A DNA stretch of 64,000 nt from Fibrobacteria bacterium (GTDB lineage Bacteria > Fibrobacterota > Chitinivibrionia > Chitinivibrionales > FEN-1185): positions 64,001 to 128,000 of the forward strand of contig JBBIGR010000006.1 of NCBI GenBank assembly GCA_037447435.1, given 5' to 3'. The translations under genes were made by a program, and so were the position numbers. The notes under the pieces were generated by a model. The model was not told the DNA's origin. It saw only the letters and a program-made list of their open reading frames with translations, and ran no database searches. Within the stretch, counting starts at the first letter, position 1, and every line of letters begins with the position of its first letter. Of the stretch, positions 62,825 through 64,000 are shown in pieces.

Positions 62825-63998
62825 GGTACGGATCTTTCACGTTGAAAAGGATGGTGAAGGCTGTTTTTTCGCCCAACGTGCTTTCGCACGATATTTTACC
62901 GCCGTGTAAACTTATGATGCGTTCCGTAAGCGCCAAACCGATGCCGTTGCCGTGTTTCTTGGTAGTAAAGTACGGCTGAAAAAGCTTTTTCTGGTTTTCC
63001 TCGGAAATTCCGCAGCCGTTATCGGCAACCGTGATTTGGACGTATTTGCCGGACAGCCCCGCTGTGACCGTCACGCTGCCTTGCCTGCCGCTTTCGGCAA
63101 TTGCCTGTGCCGCATTCGTAAGCAGGTTCGAAAGTGCCTCCCGGATTTGGCCTTTGTCTACCTTGACTGCGGGAAGGTCCGGGGCGACAGAACAGGTCAC
63201 GGGTATCGTGTCTTTGAACAGCGCGCATACGTCGACGAGTATGTCCTGCAGGCGTTCGTCTTTGAGCACGGGATCGGGAAACTTCGCGTATTTATGAAAC
63301 GTGTCGACGAGTTTTTGCATATTATCGATTTCGGCAAGAATCGTGGCCGTCGTACTTTTCATCACGTCGTCCAGGTCTTTACTTTGGTTTAAATACTTGT
63401 CGTACAATCGTTCGGTCGAAAGTTTTATGGGCGTTAGCGGGTTTTTTATCTCGTGGGCAATGATGCGCGCCACGCGTTGCCAGGTTGCACGCCGTTCGGC
63501 CATGATTTTTTCCTGACGGGCGACGAGCAATTTCTCGCCCATGGCGTTGAAGGCATCCACCAGTTTCCCGACTTCGCCCGAAGCCGTGTTTTCTATTTTA
63601 TACTGTAAATTATCTTCCGAAAGCATGGCCGTGGCATCGAGAAGGTTCCGCAAGGGCCGCGTGATGCGGGAAATGAAGAAATAGCCGACCACAAGGGATA
63701 ATACCGTCACCGCGGCGATATAGCACATTGTAAATAATACGACCTGATGCACGATGCTCTTTTTTAACACTCCGATTTGCCGGTATTCTTTTAATGCAAG
63801 CAACGCGTCCTGGCGCACGTCGTCGGTATGAAGAAGGTCTATGGAAGACGTGAGGGTCTTGTCGATCGCCTCGCTTTCGCCCAATTGGGCAAGCAGCGAG
63901 CTGGTTTTGACGTAATATACCCCGAGGGGCAATGTCGCGATAAGCACGACACACGCAAGGAGCAAAAACGTCTTTGTCTTGAGCGAGCGGTTTCTCAT
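62802..63998 (-). CDS. HAMP histidine kinase (NtrY-like)
   Basis: Two TM helices, HAMP, WQRVARIIAHEIKNPLTPI, DNGCG, GIGL. Confidence 0.9.
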   Translation of the reverse strand: MRNRSLKTKTFLLLACVVLIATLPLGVYYVKTSSLLAQLGESEAIDKTLTSSIDLLHTDDVRQDALLALKEYRQIGVLKKSIVHQVVLFTMCYIAAVTVLSLVVGYFFISRITRPLRNLLDATAMLSEDNLQYKIENTASGEVGKLVDAFNAMGEKLLVARQEKIMAERRATWQRVARIIAHEIKNPLTPIKLSTERLYDKYLNQSKDLDDVMKSTTATILAEIDNMQKLVDTFHKYAKFPDPVLKDERLQDILVDVCALFKDTIPVTCSVAPDLPAVKVDKGQIREALSNLLTNAAQAIAESGRQGSVTVTAGLSGKYVQITVADNGCGISEENQKKLFQPYFTTKKHGNGIGLALTERIISLHGGKISCESTLGEKTAFTILFNVKDPYHVEDTRS

Positions 63999-64000
63999 CA

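Overview
A gene-dense bacterial chromosomal window (about 54 CDS). Gene content suggests a flagellated Gram-negative polysaccharide degrader, probably Fibrobacterota (Chitinivibrionia-like); this is inference, not a database result. Housekeeping genes include proS, glgB, hldD, dapL, an RsuA-type synthase, a complete F1Fo atp operon, gap and mtgA. Signalling and motility genes include two sigma54 two-component pairs, a GGDEF protein, fliN, fapA, motAB, a membrane PilZ protein and three similarly spaced sigma28-like promoters. There is one RAYT transposase with a perfect GTAG palindrome inside its own ORF. About 12 secreted carbohydrate-related proteins lie mostly at 17-42 kb: CBM9-like, DUF4861, GH16, esterase, PL7, GH5-like, two PF05426-type lyases, GH88, an unknown 733-aa protein, a DUF362-CBM fusion and GH55. 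Ten of these end in a T9SS/FlgD-like sorting domain. The most notable observations are: (1) two enzymes carry that sorting-like domain at the N-terminus, nested inside a split beta-sandwich; (2) a DUF362 domain with a LarA-like HxxAGFxGxxK motif is fused to carbohydrate-binding modules and a secretion tail; (3) an unclassified 733-aa secreted protein sits inside a uronic-acid lyase/GH88 cluster that has no SusC/D; (4) a dispersed REP-like palindrome family. No rRNA, tRNA or CRISPR array was seen. All family calls come from motif recognition by eye, not from HMM searches.
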